From positions 1 through 27,385 of the IMG/VR virus record IMGVR_UViG_3300031589_000423: a stretch of 27,385 bases of DNA; one strand, given 5' to 3'. Both the position numbers and the translations under genes were made by a program. The notes under the pieces are model-generated. The model searched no databases. It saw only the letters and a list, made by a program, of their open reading frames with translations, and was not told the origin of the DNA. Position 1 is the first letter of the stretch. Every line of letters starts with the position of its first letter. Origin of the DNA: a virus (lineage: Duplodnaviria > Caudoviricetes). Below, piece by piece: positions 17,952 through 26,825 of the stretch.

Positions 17952-19247
17952 TTACGCCTCTATAGCAATTTGTACCCAAGCACTACCTAAGTATACTACT
18001 GTTTGCTTCTTAGTAGAAGCAACACCACTTGGATCCCATGTAGCACCGTCTGCAATAGCAATCATGCCTTGTGCTGGTGTAGTTGGTTCTGCTGTTAGTA
18101 CTGCTAGTTTAGCAAATCCGTTAACGTCTAATGTAGCAAGTGGAGAATATCCAACAGTATTAGCAATTGCCATATCGCCATTAGCTGCAATACTTGTTGC
18201 AACTAATGCTGGAACACTAGCAGTGCCATTGTTATTGATCAATCTAATCATACCCTTTGCAGTATCTGTTGCTACAGTACTAGCAGGATCAATTTGGAAT
18301 GTTACAACACTTGAAGGAACTAAGTTACCTGTCGATCCATCTAAGCTTCTTGCTTGAATTCCGCCTAAGTAATCACCAGCCACACCTTGTGTTGGTGTAT
18401 CTAATGCTCCGTGATAACCAGTAAATGACATTTTAAAAGCACCACCAAATCCGCTTTGTGCTAAACCAACCATGTCAATTGGTGGACTGTTATCTACCAC
18501 AGTAATTTTTAAGGCAGTGGCATCAGCATCGCCAATTGCACCAATGTTGATATTAAAATCGTTTCTATTTCTTAGTACCCCATCAACAGCATAAATTGAA
18601 CCGTTGTCAATATTAATGCGGCTATTAACGCCATCTACAAGTAATGAACTATCATCGCCAAATATACTGCCGCTTACATCGCCTACTACAAGTCCTGTAT
18701 GTGTGCCAGTTGAATTACCTGTGATATCACCTGTTACGTTACCTACAAACCTAGTTGTTGCTGTAATTGTGCTACCGTTTAGTGCGTTATTATCAGTGTT
18801 AAGGATTATAGTACTGTCGTCGCCTACAATATTAATTTTGTAGTTTTGGTCTTCATTAAAGAAATCACTAAAGCTTTGTGGTGTAAAGTTACCTGCACCG
18901 TCAGCTATTAAGATGTCACCAGGGTATAAATCACCACTGATGAACACATTGCTTAAATCATTTAACCCTAAGCTACCTGCTCCGGCGTTATTTGCTGCAT
19001 ACCATTTACTACTACCTGAATTCCAAGTTAATACTTGATTGTTTTGAGGCGTACTTATATCAGTGTCGGTAAGTAGTTGTAGCGTAGTTACACCTCCACC
19101 ACCTGCTCCTGTTACAGCAACTCCACCAGCAGTAGTTCCATCGCCTGCATATAATAGCTTAGTGTCAGTTGCGAAGATTAGCTCACCCTCTAAAGGTGTT
19201 ATCAGTTGACGTTGTGCGTCGGTGCCGCGTCTTAGACGTAATGCCAT
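17952..19247 (-). CDS. Tail fibre / virion fibre-like structural protein
   Basis: N-terminus MALRLRRGT..EGELIFATDTKLLYAGDG is typical of Mtd_N-like phage fibre domains; Gly/Thr/Asp-rich; internal repeats. Confidence 0.7.
   Translation of the reverse strand: MALRLRRGTDAQRQLITPLEGELIFATDTKLLYAGDGTTAGGVAVTGAGGGGVTTLQLLTDTDISTPQNNQVLTWNSGSSKWYAANNAGAGSLGLNDLSNVFISGDLYPGDILIADGAGNFTPQSFSDFFNEDQNYKINIVGDDSTIILNTDNNALNGSTITATTRFVGNVTGDITGNSTGTHTGLVVGDVSGSIFGDDSSLLVDGVNSRINIDNGSIYAVDGVLRNRNDFNINIGAIGDADATALKITVVDNSPPIDMVGLAQSGFGGAFKMSFTGYHGALDTPTQGVAGDYLGGIQARSLDGSTGNLVPSSVVTFQIDPASTVATDTAKGMIRLINNNGTASVPALVATSIAANGDMAIANTVGYSPLATLDVNGFAKLAVLTAEPTTPAQGMIAIADGATWDPSGVASTKKQTVVYLGSAWVQIAIEA
18669..18746 (-). 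repeat. Gly-x-x-Thr tetrapeptide repeat within the fibre gene
   Basis: VGNVTGDITGNSTGTHTGLVVGDVSG: Gly every 4 residues. Confidence 0.6.
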
Positions 19248-19278
19248 GTGTTAAACTCCTAGAATATCTTATTATTAG

Positions 19279-19286
19279 TATTTATA
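19279..19286 (-). promoter_or_regulatory. T4-type late promoter TATAAATA
   Basis: Exact T4 late consensus in the intergenic gap upstream of the AGGAG RBS and ATG of the fibre gene. Confidence 0.7.
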
Positions 19287-19309
19287 CAAAATAAAAGATT
19301 ACTGATAAA

Positions 19310-19630
19310 CTATCTGCGTCTCTTCATAAAACTTTTAGTTCTACTTTTGACATCTTGTACTACTTTTGATGTATTTAGTCTAAAGTCAACATGTGATATT
19401 TCATCGTTATATTCTGCAAGAAATGACTCTAAACTTTCTTCAACTCTGTTAATTTCACCTTCTGAGCCAATGTGAGACTGTTTGTCCATGTCTATTTGCC
19501 AAACTTTACCGTCTTTAAAGTATACGTGTACACTATGAATGTATTCAATTGGTACAGCAGAGATCTCTACGTCTTTAAAGATCTCTGGCCACTGACTTAC
19601 GACTTCGGGGGGTAGTTTATTTTTAGGCAC
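19310..19630 (-). CDS. Hypothetical phage protein
   Basis: 106 aa ORF, GTG start overlapping upstream gene end. Confidence 0.7.
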   Translation of the reverse strand: MPKNKLPPEVVSQWPEIFKDVEISAVPIEYIHSVHVYFKDGKVWQIDMDKQSHIGSEGEINRVEESLESFLAEYNDEISHVDFRLNTSKVVQDVKSRTKSFMKRRR

Positions 19631-20255
19631 TTGCAGTAGTCTTCTTAACTACAGCTTTCTTTTTCGTTGGCACTAATTCTTCAGCTTGTCTACGTAGTTC
19701 AGCTGCTTCTTTACTTAAACGATCTGCATCACTGCGGAACTTCTTAGCAAGTGATTCGTCAGTAATTACACCATTGTCTGCAACAGGTGCAACACTAGGA
19801 GCAACCGCTGCCATTTCACTAGCAGTCATTGCAGGCGCTGTTGATTGTTGTACAGTTTTCCCGTCTTTGCCTGTAACTGCTAAGTCGTTAACTGTAACTC
19901 CGCGCTGTTTTGCAATAGCTTCGTTGAGCTCATTTAGTCGAATAGATGAGTTTTGATTAGGAATCATTTCAACATCAGCAGTGTTTACTTTAACCATCTT
20001 GCCAGTTGTGTGGAAACGTGCAAGCATGTTACTACCGTCTGATAGTTGTGTACGCATCATAACAGTTGCTAAGTCATCTGCTTGTTGACCAGATGCTGAT
20101 TCAACTAACTTGATTAGTGAATCGTGATCGCCAGCTTCTAGATTTTCAGTTGTTACTACAACGCACTTATCAGGCTCTCCTGGTAGTACTTTGTATGCGA
20201 CAATTACTCTACGTTGATTGTTAGCCATTCGGCCTACATGTTTAAGTGCTGCCAT
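19623..20255 (-). CDS. Hypothetical phage protein with coiled-coil and Lys-rich C-terminus
   Basis: AAGGAG RBS before ATG 20255 (MAALKHVG...). Confidence 0.75.
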   Translation of the reverse strand: MAALKHVGRMANNQRRVIVAYKVLPGEPDKCVVVTTENLEAGDHDSLIKLVESASGQQADDLATVMMRTQLSDGSNMLARFHTTGKMVKVNTADVEMIPNQNSSIRLNELNEAIAKQRGVTVNDLAVTGKDGKTVQQSTAPAMTASEMAAVAPSVAPVADNGVITDESLAKKFRSDADRLSKEAAELRRQAEELVPTKKKAVVKKTTASA

Positions 20256-20256
20256 G

Positions 20257-20508
20257 TTATGCTCCTTGCGCAGGCTGCTGATTTGCAACGGCTGCTAAAA
20301 ATGTTTCTAATTTGCTGTAAGTTTGTCCTACAGTCATCATCTCGTTAGGCTTAAAAGCGCCACGTTGACTAGCAACATCAATAATGCTCTTTAGCGCCTG
20401 TAAGTCCTGTACTGTTAAGTCTGGACCCTGTGCTTCACTTGTTTCGGGTGTTGTTGATGCAGGCTCCATTTCTGGTACATTTGCTTCAACGGTTGTATCT
20501 TCGCTCAT
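20257..20508 (-). CDS. Hypothetical phage protein (acidic N-terminus)
   Basis: 83 aa, AAGGAG RBS. Confidence 0.75.
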   Translation of the reverse strand: MSEDTTVEANVPEMEPASTTPETSEAQGPDLTVQDLQALKSIIDVASQRGAFKPNEMMTVGQTYSKLETFLAAVANQQPAQGA

Positions 20509-20545
20509 AAATATTCTCCTTGTATAGTATATATGCGTACTTTAT

Positions 20546-20827
20546 TCATTTGTACTTTAAATGTGGACAAGCTAACATGAAATAGCTCATGTCTTTTGTC
20601 TCCTCAAATCCTACAGTTAGTACTTGTACTAAAGAATTGTGTTCATCAAGGGTTACGTTTTTACCTATAAAGAATCTATTCTTTAGATGTTTGTGAACCC
20701 ACTTAATTAGGCTGTCTTCTAAATTATACTTTATAGGTAGATTAACGTACTCAAAGTGAGGTAGTGCTGATTTAACTTGCCTCACTTCAAATACATTTAA
20801 TGGATTTGGGATTCTATTTTTTATCAT
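20546..20827 (-). CDS. Hypothetical phage protein
   Basis: 93 aa, ATGA overlap with the VWA gene stop. Confidence 0.7.
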   Translation of the reverse strand: MIKNRIPNPLNVFEVRQVKSALPHFEYVNLPIKYNLEDSLIKWVHKHLKNRFFIGKNVTLDEHNSLVQVLTVGFEETKDMSYFMLACPHLKYK

Positions 20828-22131
20828 GCAGCCGCATCGTAGTGTACTGATGTACCAAACGGTCCTTCTAAGTTTTTATCTCGGTTTGAGTGAATAACAA
20901 ACACTGTATCACAGTAGTCTGGATCACCCCAGCTATCCCAGGCATACCCGTCTGTAAACATGATTAGTTTCTTAGGAACATAATCCTGTTCTTTCATGTA
21001 TGTCCAGTTCGCCATAAAGTCTGTGCCGCCGCCGCCCATTAGTTTGTAATCTAATAAGTCTTTACCGTCATTAGCAGCAAAATCATCTTCATTATAAACC
21101 TGAGTGTCGAAACACCATACTTTAATATTGTAGTCTGGAAACTCTTCCATAATACCTTTAACTTCACCTAAGAAATCTTTACCTTGCACTTCACCTATTG
21201 AACCCGACATATCTATACAGACAGCAACATCAATTGTTTGTTCAAAGTCCATGCTTGGAAGTATTGCACCACTCATTTGACCTTTACGTGATGGACGACT
21301 AAAAGTATAGTCGCTTCTAATTGTGCTTTGTATTGACTGACGGATAATTTCACGCCAGTTCATTTTAGGCTCTGTAAGCTCTTTAATCATACGTGCAACT
21401 GCGCCTGGAACATTACCTGCTCCTGCACTTTGTGCCGCTGAAATCATGTTTTCTTTAATTTCGTCTTTAATTTGTTTTGCTTCTTCTTTGCTATACTTAG
21501 GCTGACTTTTACTAGTAGAGTTACCGTTGATATCTTCAGACATATTGCCGTCTGATTCGCCGCCGTCGCCGTCCGCATCTAAATGTTCGTCTAACATTTC
21601 ACCTAGTTGCTTTAGGAACTCTTTACCATTTTCTTCTGCTTGCTCGTATACATCGTCATATACTTCTTCGCTGGTCCAACCTTCGTATTTAAAGTCTTGA
21701 TAACATTTTACAATACTTGGAATAGTTCCAATACGATCACGTACTAGTGTATTGTTTACAATATAGTCTGCGCTAATGTTATAGATCACAGGATCACGGT
21801 CATCTCTACGTCCCATGTGATCAAATACCATATGCAAAATTTCGTGTGCAACAACAAATTCAATTTCTTTGTTATTCATTGCATTAAAGAATTGTGTGTT
21901 GTAGTATAAGTTACGTCCGTCTACTGCGGCAGTACCTAGCCACTCATCGGCAGCAACAATACGCAAACGTGTAGCCATGTTGCCAAAGAACGGATGACGC
22001 AATAGCAAACCAATACGTGCTGTAATAATACGGTCCATAACTATTACACGCATCTCTTCTAATGCTTCTGGAGTAATATCCGGATCTGGAGTAAAGTTTT
22101 TTAACTTAGTTTGCGTATCTTTAGCAGTCAT
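20824..22131 (-). CDS. Metallopeptidase-like plus VWA domain protein (DUF2201-like MoxR partner)
   Basis: HEILH (HExxH), acidic linker, MIDAS DMSGS, GGGGTDF, FTDG. Confidence 0.85.
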   Translation of the reverse strand: MTAKDTQTKLKNFTPDPDITPEALEEMRVIVMDRIITARIGLLLRHPFFGNMATRLRIVAADEWLGTAAVDGRNLYYNTQFFNAMNNKEIEFVVAHEILHMVFDHMGRRDDRDPVIYNISADYIVNNTLVRDRIGTIPSIVKCYQDFKYEGWTSEEVYDDVYEQAEENGKEFLKQLGEMLDEHLDADGDGGESDGNMSEDINGNSTSKSQPKYSKEEAKQIKDEIKENMISAAQSAGAGNVPGAVARMIKELTEPKMNWREIIRQSIQSTIRSDYTFSRPSRKGQMSGAILPSMDFEQTIDVAVCIDMSGSIGEVQGKDFLGEVKGIMEEFPDYNIKVWCFDTQVYNEDDFAANDGKDLLDYKLMGGGGTDFMANWTYMKEQDYVPKKLIMFTDGYAWDSWGDPDYCDTVFVIHSNRDKNLEGPFGTSVHYDAAA

Positions 22132-22165
22132 TATATTTGCCCTTTCTTTATTAACTTATACATAT

Positions 22166-22207
22166 ATTATAGCATCTTTAATAGATATGTCAACCATTTT
22201 ATTTATA
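22166..22207 (-). promoter_or_regulatory. Sigma70-type promoter with an upstream TATAAATA box
   Basis: TTGACA (22193-22188), 16 nt spacer ending TGC, TATAAT (22171-22166); TATAAATA at 22207-22200. Confidence 0.75.
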
Positions 22208-22240
22208 AAAGAACAGACGAGCTCAAAAGAGCCCGCCCGT
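22207..22240 (-). terminator. Rho-independent terminator after the MoxR gene
   Basis: ACGGGCGGGCTC-TTTT-GAGCTCGTCTGT 12-bp stem with three G-U pairs (full pairing only on minus strand), followed by TCTTTT. Confidence 0.8.
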
Positions 22241-22246
22241 TTTGTA

Positions 22247-23329
22247 TCATGCTTCTTGTGCAGCTTTAATATACTTGCCATAACGCTCATGGAATTCATC
22301 AAAACATTGCACTTCATCTGGATCAATGGGCAATGAATACTGTGTTAATGCAAGCTTGATGCCCATTACTACTAACTCAGTATCAAAGTTATCCATTGAA
22401 AAGCGCAGGAAGTTGTTAACTTTGTCATCAAACTTCTTATCGTTCTTGTCTGATGCTTCTTTTAACTCGTAGCAAAGAGACACAGTTAGGGAGTACATTG
22501 CACTGATCTCTTTGGACTTCATCTCTTTTACTTTTCCTGCTAAGATGTCGGATGGGTTAGGCATGCTTGCGGCAACTTTACGGTGTGCCATAAACTTAAG
22601 AGCCAACCCTTCTCCAACTGCACCTGCTACCAAGTCGGTAGTAGTTGCTTCGTCTAGGTCATCGTCTAGCAATTCGCTAACAAATGTCCAAGAACGAGGT
22701 GTTGCAAATGAACGACTTGGGCTTCTAGGATCGAAGTCATATAAGTCTTTCTTTGCAAAAGTTAAGTAACCAACAACATCTGTATTGATGTTATTAACTA
22801 CCGACCACTGGAACCAGTCATCAAATGATACAGCAAGTTCTAAGTGGATAAATCTGTTTGCTAACGGAGCAGGCATTCTATAAGTAACACCTTTGTCAGC
22901 TTCTCTGTTACCAGCCGCAACAATCATTACGTTGTCTGGTAACTTATATTGCCCTACACGACGATTAAGAATTAACTGGTATGCTGCCGCTTGTACGCTA
23001 GGCGCTGCCGAGTTCATTTCGTCTAAAAATAGTACAATATGATCAAATTGAGCAGCAAACTCTTCGCTTGGAAGTTCGCTAGGTGCGCCCCACACCATTG
23101 TACCTGAATTGCTGTCGAAGTATGGAATACCTTTAATATCTGTAGGTTCCCAAAGTGACAAACGAATGTCAATTAAATGTGAATTTGATAGGCTATCAGT
23201 AATCTGTTCTACAATCTCAGATTTGCCAATACCTGGTGCGCCCCAAAGAAATATTGGACGTTTCTTCTTTAGCGCATGCTTGATGCTGTTTTTTGCGCTA
23301 TTTGGAGTTACTGTACGTGTATTTTCCAT
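22247..23329 (-). CDS. MoxR-like AAA+ ATPase
   Basis: Walker A GAPGIGKS, Walker B LFLDEMN, AAGN, PLANRF, TPRSW; adjacent to the VWA gene. Confidence 0.9.
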   Translation of the reverse strand: MENTRTVTPNSAKNSIKHALKKKRPIFLWGAPGIGKSEIVEQITDSLSNSHLIDIRLSLWEPTDIKGIPYFDSNSGTMVWGAPSELPSEEFAAQFDHIVLFLDEMNSAAPSVQAAAYQLILNRRVGQYKLPDNVMIVAAGNREADKGVTYRMPAPLANRFIHLELAVSFDDWFQWSVVNNINTDVVGYLTFAKKDLYDFDPRSPSRSFATPRSWTFVSELLDDDLDEATTTDLVAGAVGEGLALKFMAHRKVAASMPNPSDILAGKVKEMKSKEISAMYSLTVSLCYELKEASDKNDKKFDDKVNNFLRFSMDNFDTELVVMGIKLALTQYSLPIDPDEVQCFDEFHERYGKYIKAAQEA

Positions 23330-23377
23330 CTTTACTACCCTCTAAGTTATCAGTGCATGTTTTTAAACTATACATAT

Positions 23378-23405
23378 ATAATAACACATCTACACGATTT
23401 GTCAA
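23378..23405 (-). promoter_or_regulatory. Sigma70-type promoter
   Basis: TTGACA (23405-23400), 16 nt spacer ending TGT, TATTAT (23383-23378). Confidence 0.7.
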
Positions 23406-23421
23406 CCTTTTTCTTTGGTTT

Positions 23422-23799
23422 TTATGGGTTATTTTTCTTATAATCTGCAACTGCTGCCTTAATTGCATCTTCTGCTAGTACTGAGCAATGTATTTTAACT
23501 GGCGGTAAAGCAAGTTCATGCGCAAGATCTGTGTTTTTTATTTGATCTGCTTCATCTAGTGTCATTCCCTTAATCATTTCAGTTACTAAGCTACTACTTG
23601 CAATAGCACTGCCGCAACCGTATGTTTTAAAACATGCGTCTTCCACAATGCCATCATCGCCTACTTTAATTTGTAAACGCATTACATCGCCGCAGGCTGG
23701 CGCACCAACCATTCCAGTGCCAATATTCTTAGCAGGATCCCACTTACCTACATTACGGGGGTTCTCGTAATGGTCTAACACTTTTTCTGAATATGCCAT
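23422..23799 (-). CDS. iscU: Fe-S cluster assembly scaffold IscU
   Basis: YSEKVLDHYENPRNVG, GAPACGD, TYGCGSAIASSS, LPPVKIHC: all three Cys and the HscA-binding LPPVK. Confidence 0.95.
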   Translation of the reverse strand: MAYSEKVLDHYENPRNVGKWDPAKNIGTGMVGAPACGDVMRLQIKVGDDGIVEDACFKTYGCGSAIASSSLVTEMIKGMTLDEADQIKNTDLAHELALPPVKIHCSVLAEDAIKAAVADYKKNNP

Positions 23800-23825
23800 A
23801 ATAATAATCTCTCTTTCATGATATG

Positions 23826-23832
23826 TATTTAT
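23826..23832 (-). promoter_or_regulatory. Late-promoter-like box ATAAATA upstream of iscU
   Basis: Overlaps the TAA of the upstream gene, 26 nt before the iscU ATG. Confidence 0.45.
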
Positions 23833-24221
23833 TTCTGACGAGTAATTGCTTTAGTTAACCCGTATTTACGTAAATCTCCGCTGAAAAGAGTTAGCTCAAC
23901 GGCCTTTCTTTCGTTTGTTACTATAATACTTCTGTTTGTTAAATAATAAGGGCAATCAATAAATTTATCAAGATGTATGATTACCTGTGTGGATAACGGT
24001 ACATCTCTTGGATATGGAATATCATATACAGCTAGATCTATTTCAGTCAGTACATCAAATCCTGCTTCTGTTAGTCGCAGACCACCTGAGAGCTTATCTC
24101 TATTGTTTTTCCACCATATAGGCATGTATTCTGAAACTGTAAGATCATTTATACTTTTACCCAGTTCTTTTAAAAAAAGCTTAGTATATGTTTCTTTCCA
24201 GTTCATCTTGCTCGTACTCAT
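23829..24221 (-). CDS. Hypothetical phage protein
   Basis: 130 aa, ATGA overlap with upstream gene. Confidence 0.7.
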   Translation of the reverse strand: MSTSKMNWKETYTKLFLKELGKSINDLTVSEYMPIWWKNNRDKLSGGLRLTEAGFDVLTEIDLAVYDIPYPRDVPLSTQVIIHLDKFIDCPYYLTNRSIIVTNERKAVELTLFSGDLRKYGLTKAITRQK

Positions 24222-24508
24222 ACCTCAGTAACTATTTCGCCTGCTGTAAGCTTGTGAACATTAAAGTCCCCACACTTAAACATTTCGTTTAGTTTCTTAG
24301 CAAGATTATGTGCATGCCCGGGATTAGAAAAACTAACTTTCTTATACTTAGGACCTGGATAATTAGTAAGTGCATTTGCACTCTTAAGATTAAATGGCTT
24401 CTCTAAGTAAAACACTGCCCAGATAGCTTCTGCTTCTAATACTTGTTCACTCTTATAAGTCTTGTTGTTGATGTTTTCTAAAATAACTGTTGGCTTAGGC
24501 CTGCTCAT
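24218..24508 (-). CDS. Hypothetical phage protein
   Basis: 96 aa, AAGGA RBS. Confidence 0.75.
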   Translation of the reverse strand: MSRPKPTVILENINNKTYKSEQVLEAEAIWAVFYLEKPFNLKSANALTNYPGPKYKKVSFSNPGHAHNLAKKLNEMFKCGDFNVHKLTAGEIVTEV

Positions 24509-24546
24509 ATGCGTAATTCCTTTTAATTAACTACGCATATATTTAT
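24507..24546 (-). promoter_or_regulatory. Start-region-occluding hairpin with adjacent late-promoter-like box
   Basis: ATATGCGTAGTT / AATTACGCATAT 12-bp stem (one G-U) enclosing the RBS and including AU of the start codon; ATAAATA at 24546-24540. Confidence 0.6.
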
Positions 24547-24562
24547 CTTTTTTTAAAGTTAT

Positions 24563-25105
24563 CTACGCACTTAAAAATTCACCACGCATATTTATATTAA
24601 TGTTTATACGTTCAGCAACATCTGTTTGCATATTACTATTGTGCGGAGTTAATCCATCAAATAATACAAGTCTATTAGCTACAGATTCAACATCTTGGTC
24701 TCCAATAGTAGTAGGACCATTATTGCTATTGAGATAGAAGATAGCAGTATGATGAGGAATTTCCATGTCAATATGCGGAGCATGTGCTTTCTCAACATTT
24801 TGATTAGTATATAGATTACATTTTATTCTAAGTAACTCGTGAGTTTGAAATTTAAGTTTCTCTTCTATAAAATGTAACAACATTTCAAAGTCTTTAAAAT
24901 ATTGAGATTCTACATCACGATATTTTTGTCCGTCACCGTTGTCGTGTTCTTTACATCCGTATATATTATGTATAAAGTAATAATCATCATCTTTGTGATC
25001 TGCAACACCAAGTACAAAGTACCATGGAAACTCTGCTCCCATCATTAAGTGCTGAAACCGTGCAAACAAGTTCGCCGGCAAAAAGTTATCTACTATCTGT
25101 ACCAT
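24563..25105 (-). CDS. 2OG-Fe(II) oxygenase (phage prolyl-hydroxylase-like type)
   Basis: IVDNFLP, PHID..TAIFYLN, NRLVLFDG..H, RININ. Confidence 0.85.
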   Translation of the reverse strand: MVQIVDNFLPANLFARFQHLMMGAEFPWYFVLGVADHKDDDYYFIHNIYGCKEHDNGDGQKYRDVESQYFKDFEMLLHFIEEKLKFQTHELLRIKCNLYTNQNVEKAHAPHIDMEIPHHTAIFYLNSNNGPTTIGDQDVESVANRLVLFDGLTPHNSNMQTDVAERINININMRGEFLSA

Positions 25106-25347
25106 TAAAAATTCGATCCTCCATCTAACTTAATAACAATTTCTTCATTACTATTATCTTTAGAATCTGCTACAAGCTTTTCTAAGTCGCCATGTAAACG
25201 AGTCATTACAATGCCTAGCGCAAACGCTAGATTCTTAGCCGTGTTCATATCCAGCTTAACTTCTCTTGCACGACCTTGTTCAGCAGCCTTAACTGCTTGT
25301 AAAAATTGTTGCAATGGAAGTGTGTTTAACGGTTCAACGGTTTGCAA
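25105..25347 (-). CDS. Hypothetical phage protein
   Basis: 80 aa, TTG start with GGAG 7 nt upstream. Confidence 0.65.
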   Translation of the reverse strand: MQTVEPLNTLPLQQFLQAVKAAEQGRAREVKLDMNTAKNLAFALGIVMTRLHGDLEKLVADSKDNSNEEIVIKLDGGSNF

Positions 25348-25810
25348 TTGATAACTCCGATCTCATTTCCATCTCTGTTTTAAATGGACCTTTAAATTCA
25401 TAACGTTCAATTGTAATTTGTTTAGGACAAAAACTCTTAACCCAGCCTTTGTCAAATTTAATAACGTAATAGCCTGCGCAATATGCGCTCTTTGATTTAT
25501 CTGACTTAGTAAACAAAGGAAGCTTACGTACTACATCATACATAGTATTGAATGGAGTAACACTAGTTGGAAATCCATGCACTATGTTTTCTAAACTAAC
25601 GACTATATCTTGGCTAGAGTCATGTTCAGTCCAAACAATATCTGTGCCAAATCGTTTTTTCATTTCACGCTTAGTATCAAAGAAACATGTTTCTATCTTA
25701 CTGCTAAACATATAACGATCATCGTTCCAGGACATTGTGCCAATACGTTCTTCATTGTTTTCAACGATCCAGAATTTATCTTTTACTATCGGCTTTGCTT
25801 TAATTGTCAT
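25334..25810 (-). CDS. Hypothetical phage protein
   Basis: Start placed at ATG 25810 (ATGA overlap with the nuclease stop), MTIKAKPIVKDKFW... Confidence 0.7.
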   Translation of the reverse strand: MTIKAKPIVKDKFWIVENNEERIGTMSWNDDRYMFSSKIETCFFDTKREMKKRFGTDIVWTEHDSSQDIVVSLENIVHGFPTSVTPFNTMYDVVRKLPLFTKSDKSKSAYCAGYYVIKFDKGWVKSFCPKQITIERYEFKGPFKTEMEMRSELSIANR

Positions 25811-26793
25811 ACAGGGTACCTCGCTTGTAATGGTTTTGCAAAAGACTGTGCTTGATCTGCAATACGTTGCATATCCCACTTTGCACAGAATTTCATAAGG
25901 CGCATGCCTACTTGATCAACACTTTTAGGCTGCATGTTATCTTCAATAACATCATTAATAATACTTCTAATGTTACCAGGTTGTGCAGTCAAGTCACATA
26001 GTACTACATTGCGCTGATAGTCATCAAGTACGCGATGTTCTACGCCTTCATGATCAGTCCAACGTTGTAGCATCATGTTATTCCAGTTATAACCTTTTGT
26101 GTCTTTATCAGCGTAAGCTTCAATAAGACCAACTTTATTCTTAGTGCCTTTCTTACGCACACCAGGGTAAGCACTAAACACATTATCACTTGTGTCGCCA
26201 CGCATACACTTTTCAAACAACATAAAGTCAGGCTGCGGTGCAAGCTTAATCTCTTGTGTCTTCTTTTCAATAACAGGCGAACCGTCATCGTTAAAATAGC
26301 CTTGATCTGTAATAGTTACATTAGCAACACCGTTGTACTGTGTGCAGTTAGGGCCTACTAGTTGTGCAAAGTCGCCGTCTGTACTAATAATAACACAATG
26401 ATCATTAGGGTGTGCTTGCACCCAACCTGCAATAAGATCATCTGCTTCTAGTTGCTTGTGTTGCATAACAGTACAGTTAGTCTTTTCTGTAACAAAGTTC
26501 TTAAACTCGTCAAAGATCTCCCAAAACGCCTTATCGTCTTCACTTTCAGTTACAGTCATCTTATCACGTGCAACTTGCCTATTACGCTTGTAAGGCTCAT
26601 AATAGTCTTTGCGCCAGCTACGACCTTCTAAACAGAATACAACATGATCTGCGTTAAAGTCATTCCAAGCTTTTTTAATACTGTTAAGTGTGATATGTAG
26701 TGCCATGCCTACTTTCGTATCAATATCGCCACGTACTACGTGCCGCGCTCGAAAGAAAGTATTAGCTGTGTCTACTAGTACATAAGTTGCCAT
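25807..26793 (-). CDS. rnh: T4 RNase H-like 5'-3' exonuclease (FEN/PIN fold)
   Basis: VLVDTAN, YKRNR, EADDLIA, STDGDFAQL, GDTSDNV. Confidence 0.85.
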   Translation of the reverse strand: MATYVLVDTANTFFRARHVVRGDIDTKVGMALHITLNSIKKAWNDFNADHVVFCLEGRSWRKDYYEPYKRNRQVARDKMTVTESEDDKAFWEIFDEFKNFVTEKTNCTVMQHKQLEADDLIAGWVQAHPNDHCVIISTDGDFAQLVGPNCTQYNGVANVTITDQGYFNDDGSPVIEKKTQEIKLAPQPDFMLFEKCMRGDTSDNVFSAYPGVRKKGTKNKVGLIEAYADKDTKGYNWNNMMLQRWTDHEGVEHRVLDDYQRNVVLCDLTAQPGNIRSIINDVIEDNMQPKSVDQVGMRLMKFCAKWDMQRIADQAQSFAKPLQARYPV

Positions 26794-26825
26794 TGTATTG
26801 CCTTTTATTGTGTTAATTTATATAT

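Noticed and set aside
17932-18843. Plus-strand ORFs of 141 and 79 aa
   Set aside because: Antisense shadows of the fibre gene
20531-20539. ATATGCGTA matching the 24507 hairpin arm, considered as a shared operator
   Set aside because: The same 9-mer occurs inside coding sequence at 2126, 2168 and 11411
26073-26288. Alternate-frame 71 aa ORF inside the nuclease gene
   Set aside because: Fully nested, no RBS or motif
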